Positions 19,044 to 29,031 of a DNA stretch of 64,000 bases are shown here, piece after piece. The stretch lies in assembly GCA_964630685.1 (NCBI GenBank), contig CAZVVW010000004.1, positions 1 to 64,000 on the forward strand. The letters are read 5' to 3'. The notes under the pieces were generated by a model that was not told where the DNA came from, did no database searches, and was given only the letters and a program-made list of their open reading frames with translations. Source of the stretch: an uncultured Methanosarcinales archaeon. GTDB lineage: Archaea > Nanobdellota > Nanobdellia > Woesearchaeales > BS150m-G63. Position 1 is the first letter of the stretch; each line of letters starts with the position of its first letter. The position numbers were made by a program, and so were the translations under genes.

Positions 19044-19106
19044 TTCTCTTTTTGTTTTATTATTATAGAAAAGCATATAAATTAAACATATATAGGTGGT
19101 AGTACA

Positions 19107-20057
19107 ATGAGCTCTTTATGGACTGAAAAATATAGGCCAGAAACGTTTTCTGATATTAAAGGTCAGAAGGAAATAGTTAAGAGGGTAAAAGCTTTTGTTA
19201 AGTTGAAAAATATGCCGCATCAGATGTATGCTGGCCCTGCAGGAATAGGTAAATCTAGCTTGGCTTTAGTTGTAGCAAAACAACTTTTTGGAGAAAATTG
19301 GAAAGATAATTTCTTAGAATTAAATGCTAGTGATGAAAGGGGCATAGATATTGTAAGAACTAAAGTAAAAAATTTTGCAAGAACAAAAGCATTAGGAAAC
19401 GTACCATTTAAAGTTATTTTTTTAGATGAATGCGATGCTTTGACTAAAGAAGCACAACAAGCATTAAGAAGAACTATGGAGAATTATACTAATACTTGCA
19501 GGTTTATTTTGAGTTGCAATTATAGTTCTAAAATAATAGATCCTATTCAAAGTAGGTGTGCTGTTTTTAGATTTAAATTACTCGATACATCTGAGTTATT
19601 GGAAATTGTCGATGCAGTAGCAAAAAAAGAAGAACTCAGTTTAAATAAAGAAGTTAAAGCTGCTTTAATTGAGGTTTCTGGAGGGGATTGTAGGAGATTG
19701 GAAAACTTAATGCAAAGTGCATCTGCGGCATCAAATAAAATAGGTGTTGAAGATATATTTGCACTCGCTTCCATAGCTAAACCAAAGGAATTATTGGGAG
19801 TATTGGAATTGGCAGCATCTAATCAATTTATTAAATCAAGAGATCAATTGTTAGATATTATGCTTAAATATGGGTTGTCTGGACTAGATATGGTTAAACA
19901 AATACAAAAAGAAGTATGGAATTTGAAGATAGAAGATAAGAAAAAAGCAAAATTGGTTGATAAGTGTGGAGAAATTGAGTTTCGAATGGTTGAAGGAAGC
20001 GATGAATTTTTGCAACTTGAAGCATTAATTGCTTATATTAATTATATTTCTAGTTAA
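19107..20057 (+). CDS. rfcS: Replication factor C small subunit
   Basis: WTEKYRP, GPAGIGKS, LELNASDERGID, LDECD and QSRC; no intein. Confidence 0.96.
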   Translation: MSSLWTEKYRPETFSDIKGQKEIVKRVKAFVKLKNMPHQMYAGPAGIGKSSLALVVAKQLFGENWKDNFLELNASDERGIDIVRTKVKNFARTKALGNVPFKVIFLDECDALTKEAQQALRRTMENYTNTCRFILSCNYSSKIIDPIQSRCAVFRFKLLDTSELLEIVDAVAKKEELSLNKEVKAALIEVSGGDCRRLENLMQSASAASNKIGVEDIFALASIAKPKELLGVLELAASNQFIKSRDQLLDIMLKYGLSGLDMVKQIQKEVWNLKIEDKKKAKLVDKCGEIEFRMVEGSDEFLQLEALIAYINYISS

Positions 20058-20108
20058 TAACTCTTATTCGACGAATTAATTAGATTAATGGTTGTGTTTT
20101 GAATTAAG

Positions 20109-21575
20109 ATGCCTGAAAAAGAGGATAGTGAAAATATTGAAATGTTGCTGAAAGAAGTGAAAGAGATTCAGCAACAAATGAACAAAACAAAACCTATTGA
20201 TTTGTCTGATTCTAAGTTGAGAAACGAGTTAATCAAGAAAGAAGGAGTTATTTATGAATTAAATCAAGAGTTAGAATCAAGAAGAAAATTAAATGATAAA
20301 TTCGAACTTTTATTTGGTGTTTTTTCTAGGCAATTAAATTATATTAAAAATTTAAGAAGCAGTCTTAAGAGTAGTAAGTATCTAGGTCAAAAAATGGAAG
20401 AGGGCCTTAGAAAAAAAAGAAATTTAGTTTTGAATTTAAAAGAAAAATTAGGAAAAACCGAACAAGAAATTTCTTTGATTAAAGTTTTATTGAAAAAAGA
20501 AGTCTTAACAAATAAAGATTCTTTGATTAAGCTGGAAAAATTGGGGAAAGCCAAAGGGGTGAAAGAAAAAGAATACAAAGAACTTTTAGGTCTTTTTAAA
20601 AAACAAATGATTGTTATGGATAATTTAAAGGAACAATTGAAGGGGGAAAATGGGAGAATACAAGCATTGATTAAAGAGGACACATCAAAAGAAGTGATAA
20701 TAACAAATAAAAATAAATTGATATTTAAGCTTAAAAAAGATATTTTTTTAGCAAATAAAATTTTGCACGAAGGTTTTGAAAATGACGAATTTCTGAAAGA
20801 TTTAGGTCAAGAACTTAAAGCAAAGCCGGAAGAGTTGATTAGTGGAAAAATAAACCCTAAAAAATGGCTATACTTATTAAAATCTCTGAAAAAAGAATTA
20901 GCGGAAAAAGAGAAGAAAATAATCAAAAGGGACGAAGAAATAAAATTAGTTGAAAAAGATGCACTAGAATTACAAAACGAATCTGAAGCTTTTAAGAAAC
21001 GATTAGATGCAGTAGAATCTACAAATAAGAGCCTAATGCGAGAAAATTTTGAATTAAGTAATAAGACAGAATTTCTAAATAGGGCAATGAGTTCTTTGAA
21101 AAGTAAAAATGAAAGATTGGATTTAGAATATGGAAAATCTATGAACAATTTAAAACAAGAATATGGGTTGAAGATTAAGAGATTAATGAAAGAGAAAGTT
21201 GAAGAAGAAGTTCGGATAAGGGCATCTAGTTTAAGGGAAGATCCATTGAAATTAAAAGATGGTGACGAAGAAAAAGAAAGTGAGGAATATAATAAACTAA
21301 AAGAACAAGAAAAGTCTAGTGAACAACTCACCAAGAAACACAAACATTCTCAAATAACTCTTGCAAAAAAAGGCACTATGAATAGGATAAAATCCCATAA
21401 AGAACATTCTTTATTTGGGTCTTCTACTAAAATATATTCTCCAAAACATGAAGAATTGGTGCCTTTGATAAAAATTGCTTTAGAACATGGAGAAAGCAAA
21501 GAGAAAGTAAAAGAATCGTTACTTAATTCTGGGCATGAACGCATCTTGGTTGATAAAGCATTATCTAAATTTTAA
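20109..21575 (+). CDS. Long coiled-coil hypothetical protein
   Basis: K/E/L-rich heptad pattern over about 370 aa; small helical C-terminal module. Confidence 0.7.
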   Translation: MPEKEDSENIEMLLKEVKEIQQQMNKTKPIDLSDSKLRNELIKKEGVIYELNQELESRRKLNDKFELLFGVFSRQLNYIKNLRSSLKSSKYLGQKMEEGLRKKRNLVLNLKEKLGKTEQEISLIKVLLKKEVLTNKDSLIKLEKLGKAKGVKEKEYKELLGLFKKQMIVMDNLKEQLKGENGRIQALIKEDTSKEVIITNKNKLIFKLKKDIFLANKILHEGFENDEFLKDLGQELKAKPEELISGKINPKKWLYLLKSLKKELAEKEKKIIKRDEEIKLVEKDALELQNESEAFKKRLDAVESTNKSLMRENFELSNKTEFLNRAMSSLKSKNERLDLEYGKSMNNLKQEYGLKIKRLMKEKVEEEVRIRASSLREDPLKLKDGDEEKESEEYNKLKEQEKSSEQLTKKHKHSQITLAKKGTMNRIKSHKEHSLFGSSTKIYSPKHEELVPLIKIALEHGESKEKVKESLLNSGHERILVDKALSKF

Positions 21576-21664
21576 TTGATTGTTTAATAAAATATAAAAA
21601 AATAGCTATTAAAGAAATATATAAAACAAAAAATAAACAAAAAGAAAAAATAAGAAGGTTAAAT

Positions 21665-22609
21665 TTAACCTTCTGCGTGTTTTACTAAAACATTGGTTGA
21701 GATTTCTTGTTCGTAATCATAATCTAATATTATTTCTGTTACTTTTTCGAAATCTCCAGATGAACCAGATACACTTTGGGTGCAGGTAATTGCCCTTTTT
21801 CCATCATATAAGGTGACATAACCTGTTGTTGCTGTTCCTTCTGTTAGTCCAGTACATTCTAAACCTTCCATCCCTGTATCTACCGAGATAAATACTCTAT
21901 CTTCATTCGTAAGTGTATCTTCACAATTAGTGTATTTCCCAAAGATTTTTCCCGTTCCTTTGTGCCATACATCAAATGTAAAAGCTATTTTATCATTTGC
22001 TCGTGTAGTTTCCTTAAAATTAGATACTTGTACAGGTGCACCAGAATTAAAGGCGATTTTAGCTTCTTTAACATTACAGACTCCATCTGTAGTACTTAAG
22101 GGGTTTTCTTTTATACATATTTTAGTATCTGCTTTAGTTGCATATTTGTAACAAAGTTTAGCTAAAAAAGGGAAATTCATATTTCCACTCAGATATTCTC
22201 CGTAACTGAAATCTCCGGCCGTAGGGAATGTTAAATGAACAATTCCTCCTTCAGTGATTCCACCCTCTGCATTTTTTTGTGATCCTAAGAGTTCTTCAGC
22301 AGTTGCTTGAATTAAATCATTTGTTGTTGTACCGAAGTCAGATGCATATATCCCACTTATTTTTACAGAAGCATCTCCTGCAATGACATCTGTTTCCCCT
22401 ATGTTTTCTATTTTAAGTACTGCGGTAAAAGGAAATGCCCCTCCATCATATACTTCTTGAGGTGGTGCTCCTTCTATGAATTCGATTGTTAATCCAGTAG
22501 TGCCTCCGATGAATGGGTCTGCCATTCCAGGACCTGTTTTTTGATTGCACCCCACAGTGAAAACTAGTAAGATTGCTAGAAAAAGTATTCCAAGATATTT
22601 TATTTCCAT
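21665..22609 (-). CDS. Putative surface lipoprotein (paralog 3)
   Basis: Signal peptide ending VGC; beta-rich body with CYKY.T...IC and GAPV motifs; SD GGAGG. Confidence 0.75.
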   Translation of the reverse strand: MEIKYLGILFLAILLVFTVGCNQKTGPGMADPFIGGTTGLTIEFIEGAPPQEVYDGGAFPFTAVLKIENIGETDVIAGDASVKISGIYASDFGTTTNDLIQATAEELLGSQKNAEGGITEGGIVHLTFPTAGDFSYGEYLSGNMNFPFLAKLCYKYATKADTKICIKENPLSTTDGVCNVKEAKIAFNSGAPVQVSNFKETTRANDKIAFTFDVWHKGTGKIFGKYTNCEDTLTNEDRVFISVDTGMEGLECTGLTEGTATTGYVTLYDGKRAITCTQSVSGSSGDFEKVTEIILDYDYEQEISTNVLVKHAEG

Positions 22610-22710
22610 TATAATCCCTCCTTTATTGTTAATTTTATTATTAGTGATTATTGAGGATACTAAACAGAAGGATTTATTTAAACTTTTCTATTGTAATCTA
22701 ATGAGGATAT

Positions 22711-23629
22711 CTAAATTTCACTTCTTACTTCTAAAGAAGTTCTTGTAGAACTTTTATAGCCATAATCTAACTTCATTGTTAAAGGAGACTTGAATGCTGC
22801 TTGATTGGCATCTAAATCATTAGTACTACAATATATTTTAGCACTCCCATCAACTAATTTAATCATTCCATTAGGTTCACAATCAAGAAGGATTCCAGAT
22901 ATCTCTGGAGTGTCATAATATACATTTCCTAATTCTTCATATCTATATCCAAAAGGACAAACATCTCCGTCTATTACAATGCCATTTCCGGCATTTCTTA
23001 TGGTCAAAATTAATCTTAATTTTTCATATCCGGGTTCTACTTGAACAGAAGTTATTGCGACGGGCGCACCTTGTCCACCACCACCACCAACATCTGTTGC
23101 GTGNNNNNNNNNNNNNNNNNNNNNNNNNNNNNNNNNNNNNNNNNTCATGAGTGTTAATTCTTGGATTTGGGTCTACACAAATAGGAATTGTTGCGGTTGT
23201 TTGGTAATCAAAACAAGCAATTGCTTCTATTTGAGTGTTGTATTTATCTACTCCTTCTGGGAGTGTTATATCTACGAGTTCTTCTTGCACAATTGTTTTA
23301 CTTCCTTCATGATTATATTCATTTTTTCCATCTACGCTAAATTGAAGGGTATTTTCCCCAAAGATTGGAATAATGCTGGTATCAAATCCTGTTAAGTATA
23401 TTTCCCCATATTCTACATTATATGCTCCCTTGTTTGATATTTCTACAATAACATCCATCACATCTCCACTATATACTATATTTGGGGGCATTTGAGGTAA
23501 AAATCGTAGAGTGAGCGCTTGAGTGCCCTTGTGATACTCAATATCATATTTTTGGGTTTTTCCACTATTACATCCAAAACTAAAAGAAATTAAGAGTAAT
23601 AGTACAATTAATATCGCTTCTTTTTTCAT
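22711..23629 (-). CDS. Putative surface lipoprotein (paralog 2), spanning the N gap
   Basis: Signal peptide ending FGC; CFDYQT...IC before the gap and GQGAPV after it, collinear with its paralogs. Confidence 0.7.
23104..23144. other. Assembly gap (41 N)
   Basis: Run of N. Confidence 0.99.
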
Positions 23630-23678
23630 TATGTCCTTTATTTATGCTTTAATTATTTAAAGTTTTCTAAAAAGGCAA

Positions 23679-24632
23679 TCAATCCATTTGTTTTTTAATG
23701 GTAATGTCTTTGGAGATTGTCGTTGTATACCCATAATCTACCTTTATATGTAGAGGGGTTAAATAAGTTCCTTCTTTCTGATTTAGTTTTTCTGTAAAAC
23801 TACAAATCATTTTTCTTTTTCTGTTTTTTAATTTTATTGGATTTTCAGGTTTACAATCTAATCCTATTGGTTCACCATACATGAATAATTCTGCAGAAAA
23901 AGATAAATGGTTTAAGTCACCTTCTTCAAGTGGACCAGAAGAACAAAAAGAATCTAGGTTGTCTTTATTTATTACATTCCCAGATCCTCTGTTTTCTAAG
24001 TGTATTGTGAATTGAGGTTCTATGGTGTTTTCTTGAGTATGGTGAAACATCCTTGTTTCTATTTTGGTGATTGTAACTGGCGCACCTTGCCCGGAACCAA
24101 GAACAGATTCACCAGGACTACAAATTTTATCTTTTTGTAAACCATACACATCAGAATCAATACAAATATCTGTTGAAAAATCTGTTCCATATTTATAACA
24201 AGAAGTGATGTATGTATGAGTTTTATGAATGGTGCTTTCTGGATCAGGTATTTTTTTTGCTTTTAATTGATATGTGATAATATCTTGATTACCTTTAGGA
24301 AATTCCTTGGATTTTCCTTCTATATCGAAATCTTGTTTACTTATTTCTTGTATTTCCAAATAATCTTCTTCTGTAGCAATTTTTATTATACCATATTCTA
24401 TATCTTGAGCACCCTTGTTTTCTAATAAAATATTTAAAGAAAATACATTTTCTTCATACACTTCTCTAAGAGGGGACTTTTCCATAAATTTCATCGAAAG
24501 AGCACCAAAACCTTTTTTATAATCTACATCTGTAACTATTGTTTTTTGATTTCCTCCACCAAATTGACATCCACTAATTACTAAAAAAACTAATATTGAT
24601 GCCAATAAATAATTTATTTTTTTCATTTTCAT
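23679..24632 (-). CDS. Putative surface lipoprotein (paralog 1)
   Basis: Signal peptide ending ISGC; CYKYGT...IC, GQGAPV and DYGY motifs. Confidence 0.75.
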   Translation of the reverse strand: MKMKKINYLLASILVFLVISGCQFGGGNQKTIVTDVDYKKGFGALSMKFMEKSPLREVYEENVFSLNILLENKGAQDIEYGIIKIATEEDYLEIQEISKQDFDIEGKSKEFPKGNQDIITYQLKAKKIPDPESTIHKTHTYITSCYKYGTDFSTDICIDSDVYGLQKDKICSPGESVLGSGQGAPVTITKIETRMFHHTQENTIEPQFTIHLENRGSGNVINKDNLDSFCSSGPLEEGDLNHLSFSAELFMYGEPIGLDCKPENPIKLKNRKRKMICSFTEKLNQKEGTYLTPLHIKVDYGYTTTISKDITIKKQMD

Positions 24633-26674
24633 TTTCTTATGCTAATTACTTTAGAGGTTTCAGATTCAAATAAATAATCAATAGATACCCTAAAATATTT
24701 TGTGGATAAAGGAACATCCCCTAAAAGAGAATGAATATCATTTAATTGCGTTCTACAATTAAAACTTCTATATTCTTGGACTTCACCTATTTGTTGAATT
24801 TCCTTTAATTTAAATGTATTTTCTCCTAAATCCTCAAAAAAATAATCACAATTTTCTGAATTTAAATATAATCCGATGGGCAGACGTATTTTTACATCTG
24901 TGATTTCTTTTATTTTTCCTTCCCAAGTGTTTTCTATTGTAAAACCTATTTTGGGACTCATTTCATCTGAAACACCTATTGGTTGAGAAGTTGTATCTAT
25001 TCCTAATTTAATTGGACCATTAGTGTAAATTGGAATTGGCATTTTTTCAGTTATTTTATATTCAATAAATGGATCTATATTTGCTCGTCGCATAACTTTT
25101 TTCCTTTCTTCATCCATAAAATAACTTTTTAAGTAAGCAGACGTTTTAAAATTATAATTTGCAAAGAAAGTTATTTTTTCAGATCCAGTTTTATTAAACC
25201 CGTCCTTGAAAGTACAATCAATATCTTGCTCATCGTTTCCTATTATTATAAATTCACTTATAGACATTTCCCCTTCCCCAGCAGAAGAATTACATTTTAA
25301 TTGAATATTGATTGGTTCTTTTGAAGCAGTTCTTACCTTTAGGATACCCCATAATTCAACAGATTCATTTATAGTGATTAAGGGATCAGATAACTCAATG
25401 TTTTCTATAAAGATGCCTAATTGTTCTTCTTGTTCTTCTTGTCCACTATAATGGTAATCTTCTCCTGTCGCTTGTTTTACTTGGTTTGCGAACCCCGCTT
25501 TGATAAAATCTGGAATCCTAAGTATCATATCTATAATATTAAGTAGAGCATTTTTTAGGAGTTGCCAAACATTTCCAAGCGCCCCTAGAAATTCTGTATT
25601 TTCAGTGTTTTGCAACATAGGAATTTGTTGCCAAGTATTATTTACAATCATAGTAGGGATACCTGCAAAAGCAATAATGAACCAAATAAGAAACATTATT
25701 TTTTGAAAAGAATGCAATAAAGGGGTTGTAGGTTCTAAGAGTACAAACCAGATAATATAAATAGGAAACACTGCGAGAATTATATTGAGCACACTCTTTT
25801 CTATAGTTGCAGGAAAATATTTTATTAATAACAGAGGTATAAGATATGCAATTAGTGCCAATATTAAGGATTTAACAAATGCAAATTGACTATCTCTCGA
25901 GAAAACTGCTTGATTGGGGTCTCTAAAGACCATTGCCCAACCCAAAATACTTAAAACCAAATAACCAAGAATTCTTAAATTGTTGTTTGAATAACTAATC
26001 CAACTATCAGCTATATGAAATAAAAGAGTTAAAAGAAAGAAAGCATTAATCATTCCTCCTTCTTTTACATGTTTCCATCCTGCACCAACTCCTGATGCAA
26101 CACCCCTTCCCGCAAAAGCACCTACTGTAGCGCCTGCAGCAACAACTGGTGCAACTCTTTTTGCGGCGTTTATTGTCTTATCTTTTGCTTTTCCTGCTAA
26201 ATCTTTTGCTTTTTCTGCTGTACTTTTTTTGATTTTTTCTATTTCTTCATCGGTTTTTTCCTTTTTTTCTTCAGCATTTTGGGCGTTTTCGGCAGTTTTT
26301 TCTGCAGTTTCGGCAGCATCTTCTCTATTTTCGGCAGCATCTTCTACTGTTTTAGATACTTCTTTTTCTGATTTGCTTTCATCTTTAGCAGTTTTTTCTG
26401 CAGTTTCGGCAGCATCATTTGAAGTATCGGCAGCACTTATTTTTTCAGATTCTATAGCTTTTTCTTCTTTCCCAAATTGTTTTGCCATATTTGCACGTAT
26501 AGAATTAATAGTGGGTTTTGCTTTTTCTACAGTCTTATTTGCAAATGTCTTCACATTTGATGCAGTTTTACTTTGAGAAACAGTGTTTGCCATATTTTTT
26601 GCTTTTTGACCTATGTTTTTAGTAGCACCCTTAAAAGTTCCACCAAGACCACCTAATTTGCCTCCAATACCCAT
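24629..26674 (-). CDS. Multi-pass membrane protein with Ala/Lys/Glu-rich N-terminus and beta-rich C-terminal domain
   Basis: About 5 TM segments; C-terminal region resembles the downstream paralogs; ATGA overlap with the next gene. Confidence 0.75.
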   Translation of the reverse strand: MGIGGKLGGLGGTFKGATKNIGQKAKNMANTVSQSKTASNVKTFANKTVEKAKPTINSIRANMAKQFGKEEKAIESEKISAADTSNDAAETAEKTAKDESKSEKEVSKTVEDAAENREDAAETAEKTAENAQNAEEKKEKTDEEIEKIKKSTAEKAKDLAGKAKDKTINAAKRVAPVVAAGATVGAFAGRGVASGVGAGWKHVKEGGMINAFFLLTLLFHIADSWISYSNNNLRILGYLVLSILGWAMVFRDPNQAVFSRDSQFAFVKSLILALIAYLIPLLLIKYFPATIEKSVLNIILAVFPIYIIWFVLLEPTTPLLHSFQKIMFLIWFIIAFAGIPTMIVNNTWQQIPMLQNTENTEFLGALGNVWQLLKNALLNIIDMILRIPDFIKAGFANQVKQATGEDYHYSGQEEQEEQLGIFIENIELSDPLITINESVELWGILKVRTASKEPINIQLKCNSSAGEGEMSISEFIIIGNDEQDIDCTFKDGFNKTGSEKITFFANYNFKTSAYLKSYFMDEERKKVMRRANIDPFIEYKITEKMPIPIYTNGPIKLGIDTTSQPIGVSDEMSPKIGFTIENTWEGKIKEITDVKIRLPIGLYLNSENCDYFFEDLGENTFKLKEIQQIGEVQEYRSFNCRTQLNDIHSLLGDVPLSTKYFRVSIDYLFESETSKVISIRK

Positions 26675-26687
26675 TTTAATTAAAGAA

Positions 26688-27872
26688 TTATGTTAATTCA
26701 ACTATCAAATCCACAATATTTAGGGTTGTTTTTGGTTTTATTTCAACATAATTGTTTCCTTGCTCTACCCAATTGTTGATGTTTTTATTAAATTCTTTCT
26801 CTGTTTGATCTATCTCCGTTAAATGGCCATTCACATTTATCGTTGCTTTTTTATTTTCATCGTCATCTATAAAAGAAAGAGTTAGAAGAGCATCATTTTC
26901 TTCATTTGTGATTTCTTCATATTGAGACTCATTTATTTCAAAATAATAAAGGGCAGATTTAGTTTCTTTTAGATAATCTACAATTTTTATTTGTTCTAAA
27001 CTATAGCTCCCCTTAGATGTCGTAAATTTTATTTTATTTTGTCCACTGTTTAGAATCGCAGGTGAAAAACTTTGTTGATAAGAATCGTCGCAAATAGGTA
27101 TTGCAGAAAATACATTTCTATTGTTTATTTGGATAGTTAATTTTCCTATTTCATTAATATTACTACAATAAGGAATAAATTTTAGAACAGATTCTTCTAA
27201 ATTTAAATATTCTGTATTTGTTAAAGTGAAAGTATTTTGACCTTCTTGGCCACTAATATCCGTCACATCACCAATAATTTGCATATTTTTAAATTGATAC
27301 TCATTGGTTTTCCAAAAGGCTAAACCAACACCATCTATTTTAAATTTTAAAGTGTTATCTTCATTTAATAATGATTTTTTAAGTGTTACTGGTGCAGGGG
27401 TCAAACTTTCAAATTCTCCCTCATAAATTAATTCGTCGTTTAAATAAATGTAAAGAATTCCTTTTGCTTTTGTTGAAGTGATTGATAAAATCACATTTTC
27501 AGTATTTTCTAATTCACCTATTTTGAAATTGATTGTTTTAAATTTTTCATCGAACCAACCTTTTCTGATTATAAATGGATTTATAGAATCTAGCACTTCT
27601 GCATCTGTTGTTTCAAATAAATAAATATTTCCTATATTATGCAGCTCAATTGTGCTCGGAAAATAAGTTAAAGTACCAATATTTTCTGAAAGAAGTATAT
27701 TTTCTTGTTCTTCTGCTTCTTGATTTTCCCCATTAGAAGAAGTATTATCTCCTAATAATTCTTCTCTGCTTTCCGGAGGTAAGAACAAAACATATAAAAT
27801 AATTATTAATGTAATAATAACAATTAGTGTTGATGCTCCACTTGATGTGGCTTGGGCTTTTTTATTCGACAT
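26688..27872 (-). CDS. Exported protein with class III (prepilin-like) signal peptide
   Basis: MSNKKAQ followed by a hydrophobic helix; SD AGGTGA before ATG 27872; beta-rich repeated body. Confidence 0.7.
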   Translation of the reverse strand: MSNKKAQATSSGASTLIVIITLIIILYVLFLPPESREELLGDNTSSNGENQEAEEQENILLSENIGTLTYFPSTIELHNIGNIYLFETTDAEVLDSINPFIIRKGWFDEKFKTINFKIGELENTENVILSITSTKAKGILYIYLNDELIYEGEFESLTPAPVTLKKSLLNEDNTLKFKIDGVGLAFWKTNEYQFKNMQIIGDVTDISGQEGQNTFTLTNTEYLNLEESVLKFIPYCSNINEIGKLTIQINNRNVFSAIPICDDSYQQSFSPAILNSGQNKIKFTTSKGSYSLEQIKIVDYLKETKSALYYFEINESQYEEITNEENDALLTLSFIDDDENKKATINVNGHLTEIDQTEKEFNKNINNWVEQGNNYVEIKPKTTLNIVDLIVELT

Positions 27873-27944
27873 TAAGTTCACCTTTTTTACTTATTGAATT
27901 AACAACAAGTATTTATATATATAAATGTTTTCCTATTTTTGAGG

Positions 27945-29003
27945 ATGAAACTAATTTATAAGAATTTAAAGAAAAAGGAAATTAAGTTTAAAGTAGAGAA
28001 CATAGATGATTTATGGTATTTAAGTCACATTATTGAAAATGGAGATGTTCTTAAAGGAAAAACTACTAGGAAAATAGATTATGGGAAGGGCGAAAAATCA
28101 AGAGCAGAGAAAAAATTAATTTTTTTGGCAATAGGTGTGGAAACAGTAGAATTTCATAAACATTCTAATATATTAAGGGTGTTGGGTAAAGTTGTTGAAG
28201 GTCCTGAAGAAGTAGGGAGTGGAAGTCACCATACTTTTGAATTGGACGAAGGAGTGATAGTTACTTTGATTAAACAAAAGTGGCTGAAATTTCAGATAAA
28301 TTGGTTGGATGAAGCAGTTAAATCTAAAGTAGCTAAAATTTTAATTTGCGTACTTGATCGTGAAAATGCTTATTTTGCTTTATCTAAAAAATATGGTTAT
28401 GAAATGTTATCTTCTCTTGAAGGGGAAGTACAGAAAAAAGAGGAGAGGGCAAAATTGGGCGGACAATTTTATGTAAGTGTTATTGATGTTTTGAAAGAAT
28501 ATCTAAAAAGATATAAACCTGCGAATATTGTTGTTGCGAGCCCTGCTTTTTTTAAAGAAGATTTACTTAAATTAGTTAAAGATGAAGGATTAAAGAAAAA
28601 AATAGTTTTGGCAAGTTGTTCAAATGTAGGTAAAAATGGAATCAATGAAGTTTTGAAAAGGCCAGAAGTAGAACAAGTGTTAAAACAAGATCGAATTACT
28701 AAAGAAATTAAAATGGTTGAACAAGTTTTAAGTGAAATATCTAAAGACGGATCAGTGGCTTATGGAGTAAAAGCTGTTGAAAGTGCATTAAATGCTGGAG
28801 CAATTAAACTTTTTTTAGTTTGTGACCAATATATACAGAAAAAGAGAAGAGAAGGAAATTTTGAAAAAATTGATAGTATGATGAAATGCGTAGAAGATAT
28901 GAAAGGAGAGATACATATAATCGGAAGCGAACATGAAGGGGGGAAAAAATTATCTGGATTGGGTGGGATTGCTGCTATTTTAAGGTATAAATTAAATTAT
29001 TGA
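27945..29003 (+). CDS. pelA: Pelota (ribosome rescue factor)
   Basis: DDLWYLSHII, T.RKI, LRVLG, GSHHT, VAYG and LGGIAAILRY. Confidence 0.95.
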   Translation: MKLIYKNLKKKEIKFKVENIDDLWYLSHIIENGDVLKGKTTRKIDYGKGEKSRAEKKLIFLAIGVETVEFHKHSNILRVLGKVVEGPEEVGSGSHHTFELDEGVIVTLIKQKWLKFQINWLDEAVKSKVAKILICVLDRENAYFALSKKYGYEMLSSLEGEVQKKEERAKLGGQFYVSVIDVLKEYLKRYKPANIVVASPAFFKEDLLKLVKDEGLKKKIVLASCSNVGKNGINEVLKRPEVEQVLKQDRITKEIKMVEQVLSEISKDGSVAYGVKAVESALNAGAIKLFLVCDQYIQKKRREGNFEKIDSMMKCVEDMKGEIHIIGSEHEGGKKLSGLGGIAAILRYKLNY

Positions 29004-29031
29004 ATTTTTAAATTCTATTTTTATGATCTAA

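Noticed and set aside
20109..21575. SMC/Rad50 ATPase
   Set aside because: No Walker A/B, signature motif or hinge/zinc hook is visible
22711..23629. Two separate ORFs or a frameshifted pseudogene
   Set aside because: The frame change coincides with the 41-N gap, whose length is probably an estimate; the halves are collinear with the intact paralogs
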